Source: Octopus bimaculoides (Eukaryota). Taken from it: a stretch of 64,000 nt of DNA. The notes beneath the pieces are model-generated. The model did not search any database, had not been told where the DNA came from, and saw only the letters and a list, made by a program, of their open reading frames with translations. The translations under genes and the position numbers were made by a program. Within the stretch, counting starts at the first letter, position 1. The number at the start of each line of letters is the position of its first letter. Shown here piece by piece: positions 1-12,430 of the stretch. The DNA is taken from positions 81,159,635 to 81,223,634 of the forward strand of contig NC_068987.1 of NCBI RefSeq assembly GCF_001194135.2, read 5' to 3'.

Positions 1-342
1 GAATTGATAACTTGGCTTTTGTATTATTTTGAAGTATAGAGGTGAGCACGATAAAGTAAGTGAATGAAAATCCTGTTTAAGTATTAAAGTAAGTGTATAA
101 GTGATTTGAAGAAGCAAAGGATATATTTGTAAATGATCTTTGATTATGCTTTTCAATAATCTATCAGCCAAAGTTATCTCACTGGTTATATTTTATTTTA
201 TAATATATTTTTTATTTTAGATTATTAGAGAAATAACAAAGTCGTTGAAAACAATGTTAAATGTTTTTAGATAAACGTTTGACTCATTTTAATTGCTTTG
301 ATTCCTTTTAACTTATTTTAGCTTGTTTTATATCAGGTATCA

Positions 343-1743
343 TTAGGTTGTCAAGAAAGTTCTTGCAGTTTTTACCTTTAAATTCAGATGCACATATCTC
401 GGCTCAAACAAAACTTTATTAATTGAAATAAACACCATCAGAATCAACACACTTTTGCCAATGCGAAACAAGGCTATTTATGCCAGTAGTATAAAAATCC
501 TGCGTTCTGGTGGCAATGAAATCATTGAAGGCATGTTTGGCATCGTCTTGGTTTTTGAAGCATTTGTCACGCAGGAAGTTGTCGAGATGCTTGAAAAAGT
601 AGTAGTCGGTAGGCGAGAGGTCTGGTGAGTATAGTGGATGAGGCAGAGTTTTGTGGCCCAATTCGTTCAACTTCTGCGGGGTCAGTTGNNNNNNNNNNNN
701 NNNNNNNNNNNNNNNNNNNNNNNNNNNNNNNNNNNNNNNNNNNNNNNNNNNNNNNNNNNNNNNNNNNNNNNNNNNNNNNNNNNNNNNNNNNNNNNNNNNN
801 NNNNNNNNNNNNNNNNNNNNNNNNNNNNNNNNNNNNNNNNNNNNNNNNNNNNNNNNNNNNNNNNNNNNNNNNNNNNNNNNNNNNNNNNNNNNNNNNNNNN
901 NNNNNNNNNNNNNNNNNNNNNNNNNNNNNNNNNNNNNNNNNNNNNNNNNNNNNNNNNNNNNNNNNNNNNNNNNNNNNNNNNNNNNNNNNNNNNNNNNNNN
1001 NNNNNNNNNNNNNNNNNNNNNNNNNNNNNNNNNNNNNNNNNNNNNNNNNNNNNNNNNNNNNNNNNNNNNNNNNNNNNNNNNNNNNNNNNNNNNNNNNNNN
1101 NNNNNNNNNNNNNNNNNNNNNNNNNNNNNNNNNNNNNNNNNNNNNNNNNNNNNNNNNNNNNNNNNNNNNNNNNNNNNNNNNNNNNNNNNNNNNNNNNNNN
1201 NNNNNNNNNNNNNNNNNNNNNNNNNNNNNNNNNNNNNNNNNNNNNNNNNNAGTGGTTGGAAATTGTCGTATATGTTACGTCTAATTCAGAAGCAAGCTCT
1301 CGAACAGTTGTGCATGGATTGGCTTCCACTAAGGCTCTTAGTTGATTGTTGTCAGCATCCGATGGCCAACCACTACGCTTATCATCTTCAAGACTCTCAT
1401 CACCACTACGAAATTTCTTGAACCACCATTGTGCTGTACGTTCATTAGTAGTTCCTGGACCAAACACATCGTTGATATCGCAAGCTGTTTCAGCAGCTTT
1501 TCAGCCTAGCTTGAACTGGAATAAGAAAATTGTGCGAAGTTGCTTTTTGTCTATGTTGTATTCAATGTTCTGGAAAAAATGGCCTAATTATTCACAAAGA
1601 AAAAGAGCAACATGATTAGATAGAGCGTAAAATGGGCTTTAAAATGATATATAAAGTCAAAGTAAGTTAACAAAAATTAATCTGAAAATACATCATTTAA
1701 AACCAAAATTAAAAATTCTGCAAGAACTTTCTTGACAACCTAA
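343..1743 (-). mobile_element. Mariner (Tc1/mariner, D34D, Hsmar1/SETMAR-like) DNA transposon, inactive copy spanning an assembly gap
   Basis: Perfect 26-bp TIRs TTAGGTTGTCAAGAAAGTTCTTGCAG at 343-368 and 1718-1743; TA follows the right TIR and CA (decayed TA) precedes the left. Minus-strand transposase: HTH region (QWWFKKFRSGDESLED...TTVRELA) and C-terminus with YSPDLSPTDYYFF...WQKCV. In-frame TGA near 1502-1504 and no intact ATG. Middle hidden by N689-1250. Confidence 0.95.
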
Positions 1744-2023
1744 TACCTCTTCACAGTTGAATGGATAGTGGGTAATAAGCAGCCTCTACCACTCTGTAAA
1801 ATTACTTATAAAAATATAAAAATAACCAAATTGTAAACTTAATGTAAAATGTAAAACCTGTAATTCAGTTTCCATTGTCTTTTTACATTTTTTTACTCAT
1901 TTTCGACTTGGTAGTTATTATAGAAAATAAAGATAAATTTTATCATTTAAATATATATATATATATAATATATTAGGGGCAAATACATAAATTTATATAT
2001 CGATGACTTCCTACTTACCAACA

Positions 2024-2400
2024 AATCTGCTGGAATGCATTAATAATTAATATACAAGTCATTGTTTTTGATTCTTGCTGTTCACTGTGCATATGCTGAT
2101 TTATTATCAGTTGGAAGTTATAAGTGTGCATCAGCAAATAATTTGTTTGCTGAAGTTATAAACAAAAGCCCAAAACTCTTGCTAGATTAATTAGTCCATG
2201 GAGGCTTTGGCTGATGAAACACAATGATGTTGAAACATTGAGAGTCCCAAAGTCCCCTTATGCTAATGAACTGAGTGTTATGATCACATATTTGTCTAAA
2301 ATGACAGGTTGCTCTCCAATGACAAAATACTAAAGCACTTAGCATATTCATGTTTGAATCTGCTGGAATGTATTAAGAATGAATATGCAAGTCATCATTT
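2024..2400 (+). repeat. 333-bp unit bounded by 44-bp direct repeats and containing a hammerhead ribozyme (retrozyme/Penelope-terminus-like)
   Basis: 2024-2067 and 2357-2400 match at 38/44 positions; period 333 bp; hammerhead motif at 2203-2254 inside. Confidence 0.6.
2203..2254 (+). ncRNA. Type I hammerhead ribozyme motif with intact core
   Basis: Stem I GGCTTTGG/CCAAAGTC (8 bp, one GU). Core CTGATGA 2211-2217. Stem II AACA/TGTT with 6-nt loop. GAAA 2232-2235. Short stem III AC/GT. Cleavage triplet GTC 2244-2246. Confidence 0.8.
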
Positions 2401-2552
2401 ATAAATATATATTCACACATATTTTTGTATATATGTATATACATACACACACACATATACATACACATGCACATGTATGCACGTGTCTTATATTAATGTT
2501 TGTTTTTATATCAAGTTATATATGTATATGCATACTTATTTCTTAATTTTAG

Positions 2553-2639
2553 CTCTCAACATCTAAAGGTTGCATTGCTGGAGATTTACAATTCCATGAT
2601 GCAAATGGAAATTTTATATGTTGCAAGAATACAAAATCT
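2553..2639 (+). CDS. SPO11: Meiotic recombination protein SPO11, internal exon (LSTSKGCIAGDLQFHDANGNFICCKNTKS)
   Basis: ttttAG acceptor, GTAAGT donor, 87 nt, phase 0-0. Matches the human SPO11 segment LSTSKGLIAGNLRYIEEDG in motif and length as recalled. Confidence 0.92.
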
Positions 2640-4049
2640 GTAAGTTAGATATTTTAATTCTTTTGTTTTCATTGAATTTATTATTCATGATAGTTTGCCA
2701 TTCTTTTTACTAAGCTATCATATGCTGGAAAAAACTTCTCAGTGTCATATTTTCATGCTTCTGTTTCACGTTGACTCATGTAGAAAGTTCTAAATTTCTT
2801 TCTCCTGATCTAATTACCTCATCCAAACTTCTTTGTGCTTTAGGTACCTCTTTTCTGTCTCTCTACTATTTTCTCCTATTATTCCATATATATATTTTTC
2901 AACCAGCTTAATATTCATTAACAGAACTAGAGAATTATGTTATACACAATGATCAATGTGAGTGTGTTCATTCAGTTTACTTCATTACATATCACTTATA
3001 TTATTTCTCTATAAACTTGAATTCCTTTGTATTCCTTTCTTCTTCTGAAGTTCCCACATTAGATTCTTTAGCAAAACCCAGCCATCTAATTAATGAAGCT
3101 AACTTGCAATCTATTTTTGAGTTAATTTTTAAAGGGCTCAATCTTGAGAGTGAATGAAAGAGCTCAAAGTCAAAACTTCGGCAGTGACATACTTTAAATT
3201 TCATTCAGCACATATACTAAATCTCAACTCTACTTAATATGTGCCATACATGCCTCCTGTTCGGTATCCATTCATACATATCATACCAAAGACCATGGGA
3301 ATCGACCAAAAATTCTTTTTTCCGCAGTTTCTTTCACCTGAAAAACAGCATCAATGATACAAAAACCAAACTACTTTACATCCACTTCATCTCTGTTATA
3401 GCTTTTTTTATTATTCTTTCTACTTAGTGTATTTGATAGATTAGTTTTTCTCTGTTAAAAATATCCCTTTCTATGACACTACTATTTCTTTTTTTTTTTT
3501 GTGATTAGTAATCATACTCCTATTGTCAGTTGTAGAAGATAAGATCTTCCTGCATAATTTGATTATTGAGTTAAGTAATAGTGTAACTTCCACCCAACCC
3601 AATGCCTTCATTGCCCTAGCAATAATAAAAGGAAGTTTTTGAGCTTTCCTTATCTTCCTTAATACATTATGTTCACAGAAATATATTTACTTCTTTCAAA
3701 CAGTACTTTTATTTTATTTTGTATTATTTATCTGCTAAGTTTTATTTAATAATAACATTTATAGATATGATATTGATATTATTGCACTTTGATTTTACAC
3801 ACATGAACACCACATACACAAACTTCTATTAATCTATGTACACACAGGAATTTATTTGTTAGTTTGGAGATATATCCAATACTTAAAGAGTTTCTAGACC
3901 CTCTAAAGACTTAAAAATATTGATTATTGTGGCTGAGATTGAGTATTAATTGTTGCATCTTAGTAGTTAAATTGCAAACAATTTTTTTTGTTCAAGTGAA
4001 GGAGGAGGGTCAGAGCCAATAAACAGTACATATTTTTCAAAACTAATCA

Positions 4050-5900
4050 TGTTGATGTGGGTGATTTTAACAGAGACCTCTGTAGGTTGACAACTTATGC
4101 AAAACGTGAAGAGGAAGAGATATACATAGGCTTTCAATTCTTAGATGGAAGGATTTGCTGAAACTATTTAATTCATATCTTAGGGACTGAGAGTCATTGA
4201 TAAGATTTGGATAGATAAGTGTGTTTACAGATAGTTTAAATCAGCAGGAACCATAACTACATCTGTTGAAGAACCAGTGAGCAGCATGTTGGTGATTGAT
4301 GGTTTTCTTCCAGTTAGACAGATGGTGATTTTAGTAGATGCTGTGTAGAATGTGTGTAGCAGCTGTACTATCCTGTTATGTGAGTAACACTGAAACTTTA
4401 ATGTGTAGTGACTTAACAACTGTTTAGATCTGAAGAATTATTTGTCCAAGAAGGCAGCTTTAATAGTGTTATAGCTGTGTAGGTGCCATCAAAGATCCTT
4501 GAGGATTATCATATATAGAGTAAAGACTGAATACTTTAATTATGTGTTTACTACATGCTTCTTTTATATATGCAGTAATTCTGTGTTATATTTTTGATGA
4601 AGACTAAATTACCATCTTCATTGGAGGATGTTTTATTGATTTGTTAGTAATCTGTGGTATTTAGGCAACATGACACTTGTGTACAGAACAAGAATGAGTG
4701 AAAAATGATGCCATCTGTGCAGAATGTAACAGGGAGTGTTATAACTGATGTAGACAGATGGCAATTTGGAAGAAATAGTTGAATTTTGAAACACAAAGGA
4801 AGTGATCGATTGTGAGTTGGAGAGAGCCAGTTGACACTTAGTACAAAGAAGTGTTCTGATAAGAAACTTCTTAACCAAACAATGAGACAGTAGTAGAGTC
4901 TATAGAATGGAAACATCATCCAGGGGCTTCTCTTGGCAGTGGGTAGTATCATTACTTTTCCTGGTGCTTTTATTGTTAAGAGAACATTATACCATGGCAC
5001 AATGAGCAAATCTCCAGTAGGTTTGGTTCTACGGAAGCTAAAAGATTCAGTTTAATAAGGAGGTGGTTATTTCCATTGTATTTGAGGTGTTGAGAGTCAA
5101 GATAGCAGTCGACAGAGCTAGTGAGATTTAGGCTTGACATACTGTGACACATTTCCATAAACCACATAGGTCTCCATGGAGAAGACAAAAAGCCTGAGAA
5201 TTTGGTGAAGTGTTAGCTTGGAAAAACACTGTGAGAAGATGATGACAATGACACTATCAGGACTAGATTCCTTCTTTTGGCTGACAATATGGTAGAAACA
5301 CTTGACGGTAGTGTGAATATGGTGGTGAGATATGTGAGACTAAGAAAAATTTATGAAGGGTTTTGTGTGTGTTGCTAGATTAGAATTGGGAATTAGATGT
5401 GTTGCAAATGGGGTGTACTTATCAGTTAAAATACTGCTTACAGAGACACCTTGTGATGGGCTGGTAGATTCTACAAAAGAGAGACCATCTTGACCAGGGA
5501 AGAGAAAACACTATCATAATAGAGGAGATGAGTTTGCAAGTATTTCAGTGCACAAAATCCGTTTTTAGTAAGTTGATAGACATCTTGTACACATTGCAGT
5601 GGTGACTTCATAATTGGAAAGTAGATTTCTTTTGGGTGTTGCTGGCAGGGTTTTTCACTTACACCACTGTGAGTGAACTACTTTGCCTATCCCACTATGA
5701 ATGAAATTGTGTGGATATGGCTTCAGTCATCTAGTTACATGTACCAGGGATGAAACCTATTTGCTTCCAGAGGTATAGGAGAGGGGAAAAGGTTGAGCAC
5801 TTAACAATAAGCTGAATTGAATTACTAAAAAGTTTAATGAACATTGGTTGTTCCGTGATAGATTGATATGGAGCAGGAAGATATAATTAGGCAGTAATCA
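4050..5900 (-). mobile_element. Highly degraded CR1/L2-group LINE (endonuclease/RT remnants)
   Basis: Broken minus-strand frames with RT-like fragments (KAPGK, FNRCSYGSC resembling the FYRY..G.CS C-terminal motif); many stops and frameshifts. Boundaries approximate. Confidence 0.45.
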
Positions 5901-6416
5901 GATGATTGTATGTGCATGGGGAGATGTAGGATAGAATAATGCTTGGGTTCAGAAGTATGTCAATAATTAAGGATGTTTAGAGATCATCTGAAATTCTGAA
6001 AATTGAAAAGATCCAAAAACCAATACTTTTTCTTTGAGATCATCTGCAAACCAAAGCCTGTGTTTGGTACCAAACATGACTTAAAAGTAAAAAGTATGCA
6101 AACAATTTTATGTTCTGTCCTTATTCCACTTCATTTACCAGTTTATTGCAATCCAAACAAACTATAATATTTAAAGTCTTTATTTATCCCACTCAGAGTG
6201 AATATTCATAATGCAAATGAACAATAATGAGAAATACGGTTGCTAGGCTATATTTACATACCTTTACTTGGAGTTTTGCATTTAGGTGTCTTGTTTAGTA
6301 TGTATTTTTACATTACCCTAAGCTAATGAATGATATTTTCTTTATAATTATGGTAAGTTGGTAAAATCACCCACATGCTCCACTTGGCTAAGACTATCAA
6401 TGTACTCTAATGGTAT

Positions 6417-7877
6417 TGTGGTGATGACCTGGAAGAAGAGGGCCATGACGTCAATGGTCAAGGGACTGACTGGAAGAGGACGCGTGAGAAGGGAAGTGCG
6501 GGGGGTGGGGGTGGCAGGACAGGGTCATCCTCTTTTTGGCCAGCCAAGGCATTGCAAACGGACATGAGGGAATTTGCTCTTGGCTTGGTGAGACAGCAGC
6601 TGCTTATACTGGGTAACAGAGTAGGGCAGGACCTCCAGAGTGACTACTACTAGATGGGCACAGATGAGAGGGGAAGGTAGATGAACCTCTTTTCATTTCC
6701 CATGTGTGACAAGTTATTTTGGTAATTGTATACAGACGTCATTGTCCCCTTGATATGATGGCAGCGAAGATAAGGATGTCATCAGACCTTTCTTTGGCGA
6801 AAGTCACGTAGTAGCCTGGGTTTGAAAGGTCAAAGTTGTGGCCAGGCTACAAGGCAGCGAAGATGTAGCGAGCCTCATGGCTCTGTATTTGGAGGGGAGT
6901 GCACTGGCACTGTACCTCAAAATGGATGAAGAAGAACAGTTGAGTGTGGTGAAGATCAAGCAGCACTTGAGAAGGCTTACACAGATGGAGATTATGCTGC
7001 CTTTGCTAAGCTGAGAATGTTCAGATGGAGAGGGGAACAGGTCGACGAATATGTTGTGGAGGTATGGAGGCTGGTTGTATTGTCTGGTCTTACCGGTGAG
7101 GGACTTAAGAAAGTAACGCGACTGACTTTTGTGAACAGATTTCCTGATGACATGTCAGTGCGACTACAACAGTTGCTTGGTGGCAACAAAATGGCGATGA
7201 GCGAGCTCATCGTTCAAGCCCATGTGTTGACACAAAACACCGGGTGGAAGGTGGTAATGGTGGCACCCAAGTAAACCATTGAGATGCCCTGTAGAAGAGA
7301 GACGGCCCTACTTCGTGGAGGTGGGAGATGAAGTCTGAGTCAAGCTACCAAAGGCACGCTGCACAACTCAGTGGAACAGAGCAATAGTGATGGCTGTCAA
7401 TTCCAAAAACAACATCTCTGTGGATGGAATGCCACGTCATGTCTTGGATGTTCATAGGATAGTCACTTTGTCGGATGATGATTGCGGAGAAGAGGAAGAG
7501 AATGAGGTTCCCAGTTTAAGAAGATCATAATGTGCAAGGTGCTCACCCAGGTGGGTGGTAGATTTTGACATGGAGTGAAGTGAGATTGGGGGGCATGTGG
7601 GGATGAGCTGGAAGACGAGAACCCTGACTTCAACGGTCAAGGGACTGACTAGAAGAGGAAGCATGAGAAGGGAAGTGCAAGGGAGAGAGGACTCTCTTTG
7701 GCTGGCTGAAGCATCGCAAATGGATGTGAGGGAATTCACTCTGAGGTTTGTGAGATAGCAGCTGCTTATTCTGGGTAATAGGGTAGGGCAGGATCGCCGG
7801 AGTGACTACTACTAGATGGATGGGTGCAGATGAGAGAGGAAGATAGGTGAACCTCTTTTCATTTCCCATGCATGACA
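6417..7877 (+). mobile_element. Internally deleted (gag-only) Ty3/Gypsy-type LTR retrotransposon
   Basis: LTR1 6417-6711 and LTR2 7596-7877, both TG...CA and clearly homologous. 5-bp TSD GGTAT (6412-6416, 7878-7882). Purine tract before LTR2. Degenerate gag (VVAWV*KVKVVARLQ...LYLEGSALALYL...TFVNRFPDDMSVRLQQ) is joined directly to an integrase C-terminal tail (VGDEV*VKLPKARCTTQWNR...SVDGMPRHVLD). Confidence 0.9.
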
Positions 7878-8839
7878 GGTATCCTTATAGTCATAAAACT
7901 TTAGTTCAACCTATAATAGATACATACAAATCAGAATTTTGTTTCAAAGTTTGGTGGGATTGAACTAGGCTCTTCTTGGGATCTAAAACGAGGGCTATAG
8001 TGGAAGACTCTTACCAACTTCAAGCAACAAGCTATGAAATCCTTACAATCTCTCAGTTTCCTGTAATTCAGACCACCTCATGGTCCTGGCAGACAAAACT
8101 GAAATGGCATTGCTCTGGAGGATAACAAAAGAGATGCGGTTGAACAGCCACTCTGATTCATGGGACTTGCACTTGCAGACAACCATCTCTGCCCTGATAG
8201 CAGTGAGCAGAAATATGGTCTAGGGACTGAGTACACTGGAGGTCTCCACTGCCACAAGCTCAACCATAAATCTGTATGTGAGCAACCAATACTTTGACAG
8301 TTTGCTCTTCTTGACCTAACAAGCAAACATACTATTTTCCAAATCCGAAAAATTCTGAAACATTCCTAGTTCCAAGGATTTCTGGGAAGAGATCATATAC
8401 CTCTATTTATATCCAAGCTGGTCTTCATTGAGCAGATCTATTATCAAAGACCTTAAAGCTATGGCCATCATATATTTTGAAATTTCTAGAATATAGTTTG
8501 TGAGAGATTTGATAGTTGAAAGATTTCAGAAGGCAATGGAAATACATCAACTGATGGAAAACATTTCTACTTGGAGCAAATGACATTTTTCATTGTGGAT
8601 TTTCAGGTATCAATGAATTGTGGGGAGAATAGATTATATGTAAGCACTGATGTCATATAGAAAGAACTTCTGTAACAATGCAAATTTGAAAAGGCATGAT
8701 TGGAAAACCGTGTGTAGTACAGGTTCTAGAAGATAAAACATTGAAGTAGCGACAGTTAGTGATACAAAAGCATTAAACACTTAAGCTGAAGGGTATTGAG
8801 ACAGATTATGGTGTTATACAGTGTGTATGTTTATACCAT

Positions 8840-9790
8840 GTTTACTATGGATTTACTCTGTTGGAAACTTTAGTTTAAATTGAAGTCAATCCATAGATTT
8901 TAACCATCACTGCATGTATAAACTAGTTAAATTAATTAGATATTAAGGACAGTCATAAAATGACTGCCATGTTTAAACAATCTAATTGTGAATAGAAAGA
9001 GGTTAGTTGGGCTACTGTTTCAAACATGTTTATATTCTCATCAGCAACTTCTAATCCTATACTTAAATGACCAATGAAATTGTATTTAAAACCACTATAC
9101 ACAAATTTGAATATTTGACACATTTTTGGCAGTTTGACTAGCTCAATTTCTGATGTGTTAAGCAATGTTTTCTTACTAAAGTTTACTATGTGCTAAATCC
9201 ATAGATCTTGCATTGCATGTGTAAACTAATTAAAATTAGATACATTGGACAGTCATAAAGGGGTTGTCATGCTGTTATAGTTTCACTGTTGACAGAAGGG
9301 AGATTGGCTGTATGTACATGATACTTGTTTACAACCATCTAATGTATCCAATTTTAATTAGTTTACACATACTGTGATAGTTAAAATCTATGGATTTATA
9401 CATAGTTGACTTTAGAATAAAAACAAACACTGCTAATATGTCATTATCTTATTTAGTTGAACAAACTGGCAAAGATGCAACAAATGTTGAAATTAGTGTT
9501 CCTGGTTTAATAAAGTGCCTGTTAATAGTATCTTTAAATACAATTTCACAGTGATCAGTTAAGAGTATAATAAGTAGTTACCAAAGAGAAAGTAAATACA
9601 TTTGAACTTACAGTTGAGCAGATCCCCCTTTTGTTGCCCATAGTGAGATTGTATAAACATAACAGCTTCTTATGACTAATCAAGGGCATATACAGTGATA
9701 GTTAAAACTCTATGAATTCACTCGGCATCAATTTTTAGTATGTAAAAATAATGCATTACTAGTATAAACACTAGTAATGCATTATTAAAG
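8840..9790. repeat. Fold-back-like region: two direct and two inverted copies of a ~60-bp motif plus a perfect terminal hairpin
   Basis: Motif AATCCATAGATTTTAAC.ATCAC.G.ATGT.TAAACTA.TTAAA at ~8889 (+), ~9196 (+), ~9338-9398 (-) and partially ~9688-9720 (-). 17-bp perfect stem 9747-9763/9770-9786. Confidence 0.6.
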
Positions 9791-9842
9791 TGTGTAGAAT
9801 TTATATAGCTTGGAAATATTTTGTAGTATTTTTAATTTCTGA

Positions 9843-10048
9843 CCTTCGTGCTGGTGGCACGTAAAAGCACCCACTACACTCTTGGAGTGGTTGGCATTAG
9901 GAAGGGCATCCAGCTGTAGAAACTCTGCCAAATCAGATTGGAGCCTGGTGTAGCCATCTGGTTTCACCAGTCCTCAGTCAAATCGTCCAACCCATGCTAG
10001 CATGGAAAGCGGACGTTAAACGACGACGATGATGATGATGATGATGAT
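9843..10048 (+). mobile_element. 5'-truncated RTE LINE 3' end (or RTE-tailed SINE) with (GAT)n tail
   Basis: Repeated motif GGTTGGCATTAGGAAGGGCATCCAGCTGTAGAAA...CCATGCTAGCATGGAAAGCGGACGTTAAACGATGAT. The same sequence is contiguous with RTE ORF remnants at 14735-15610 and 25308-26530. Confidence 0.85.
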
Positions 10049-10592
10049 TCTCAGTTTTTGCTGTCCTGTTTTAGTGATTTTAGTATATGTGATGTTGATG
10101 AGAGTCTTGGGGATTAGGTTAAGCATTTGTCAAGAATATATTTAGAGTTGTATGTTATTAATAAGTGGAGTGGAATGGATGTTGAGTTATACCTTTTATT
10201 TAGAGTTACTCTGCCTTAATGCTGATGCATAAAACTATATCATTATTGGAAGATAATCTGGACATCATTATTCAAGGTGTATTGAAGTTACATCTTCATA
10301 CAAAAGTATAATACTTTTATGCACAGCCTAGTTTGCTTGGATACTAATATATTAGTTTTGTCCTAGATTATAGGATTTAGATGTGTGCTTACTATATCTA
10401 ACATATGAATATATTTTACCATAGATACACAGCATCCTTGTATTTAGTAATAAGTAAATAAAACAGTTGGTAACAAGAAGGGCATCTTACTATAAAGCAC
10501 TGCCTCAGAAAACCTGCCTGACTGACACCAGAATGGGAAAGTGAACATAGAATACTGCTTATACTGAGGATACTTACATGTACATGCGCGCG

Positions 10593-10634
<42 letters not shown>

Positions 10635-10987
10635 TATACAGTTGTGCTATAAAATTATTGCTATTTTGTTTATAAATGAAATATACTTTATGACAAAATA
10701 TTGAGATCTAGCCTCAACTATTGTTTCTCATATGAGGCATATATTTCTGCTTTGAGGGTAAGTATCCAGCTTTAAATAATTTATTACGGCAGTAAGAAAT
10801 GTTTGTAAGTTTTCAGCATATATCACATGCTTCCATGGAAAATAATTTTAAAATATTCACAGCTCTTCTAATTTAAATTTTATATTTTTGTGTTATACTG
10901 AATGATACATTAAACCTGTTGATGTGTAAATTGCATTCTATTATCACTGATAATGCATTATGTACACATGATCTATTTTTCTTTTAG

Positions 10988-11024
10988 GGCATCATGCTGC
11001 CATCAAATGTTATGGAAATTAACA
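10988..11024 (+). CDS. SPO11: SPO11 internal micro-exon (GIMLPSNVMEIN + A), 37 nt
   Basis: ttttAG acceptor; PSN motif and 37-nt length correspond to human AVAVPSNIQGIR(N); in frame with the previous exon; followed by GTATCCTTT. Confidence 0.88.
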
Positions 11025-12430
11025 GTATCCTTTATATAGCAAAAGTTCAGAAACTTAATTAATTGATGCATAAAGAGTACTGAAAAAATAAATGAAATTA
11101 GGAAAAATATACCGTACTTTCTGGCATGCAAGTTCATTAAGTGTAAAATGCAAATGTTCAAACGTTGTAACTATCTTTCCAAATCCTGCTGTATGTCACA
11201 TGGAAGTTTTAGTCTTCAAAAGTTGTCTTGGTGTATAAGTCAATCTATCTTTTTTGGCTCTAAATTTTGGATGAAAATATTCAACTTGTGTGCAGGAAAA
11301 TACAGTCAACAAGAATAGTTACCAATTATTGAATAGAAAATCAGTGTATAAGACGCACAAAAATACTTTCATTTTTATTGTATTTAGTATAATCATCATA
11401 ATCGTCATCGTTTAACGTCTGCTTTCCATGCTGGCATGGGTTGGACGGTTTGACTAAGGGCTGGCAAGCCAGAAGACTGCACCAGGCTCCAATCTGATCT
11501 GGCAAAGTTCCTACAGCTGGATGCCCTTCCTAATGCCAACCACTGTGAGAGTAGTGGGTGCGTTTTACATGCCACCAGCACGAGGGCCAGTCAGGTGGTA
11601 CTGGCAAAACTCCTCAATAATTTCTGAGATTGCCTTTAGGATACAAATTTATTGGAGAGGTATACTGACAATTGAGTGAACAATAGTACTTGATTATCTT
11701 ATTGCTCTTGGAGAGATGAAAGACAAATATTTGAACTTAAAAGGTAGAGGATTAAAACTTATTAATATGGTATTCCACTGGTGCTTTTCTCTTTCTGTTC
11801 TAGCAAAATTTAGTGGAAACTTAATAAAAGTAAAATATCATTAAGTTTGAGAACCTAAATATTTGATAGGTGCAAAGTTAATTTAATTATTAATAGCTGA
11901 GATCTGACTAGTGTTTCGAAAGGATATTACTAAACTAAGAGCCTGAGTTACTGGAAAACAACAAGTATTACTTGTTGCATCTGTATGCAGATGAGTTGTA
12001 CCTAATCATATACTTGCCTACGTTTTAAAATTTTAATAGTCTCCAACTACTTTTTCTCAACATCTTGGGAGAGTTGAGTGATTCCAGGTGAACTATCACA
12101 TGCAATCAATCCATTCAATCTTAATTCTAAGTTGCCAAAAAGGCACTCATTGGATCTAATTTCATAAGCAAAACGTAACTCACAATGATATGTCTCCATA
12201 TATTTATTTATCCAATAACAGTTACCTTTCCTTATTTTCATTTCATGTCTATGATATTTTGCCCTATGAAATGAATTAGTAAAACAGGCTTTAAAGCACT
12301 ATTTCCCAGAGAATGAATAGATAAATAAAAAATAAAATTCCATCTTTATTTTGTGATTTTGTTCAGTCTAATTTGTCATTTCATATAGTTGCAATTCTGA
12401 AAATTTTATTTATCCTTAATGCATATTTAT
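11025..12430 (+). other. SPO11: U12-type (minor spliceosome) intron of SPO11, predicted GT-AT termini
   Basis: Donor GTATCCTTT (11025-11033) equals the U12 consensus. Branch point TCCTTAAT at 12413-12420. The homology-defined exon start at 12431 is preceded by AT, 11 nt after the branch A. Confidence 0.8.
11391..11607 (-). mobile_element. RTE 3'-end repeat copy
   Basis: Reverse-complement match to 9843-10048 with a (CAT)n-like tail at the left end. Confidence 0.85.

Noticed and set aside
625-1421. Long ORFs in the ORF track around N-gaps (also 17310-17864, 21809-22646, 48402-49054)
   Set aside because: They consist of X residues from assembly gaps and microsatellite translations; not genes.
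5955-8405. Possible MER2/Tigger-like MITE halves (5955-6085 and 8335-8405) flanking the LTR element
   Set aside because: Similarity is only by recollection, and no clear TIR pair or TA TSD could be defined.
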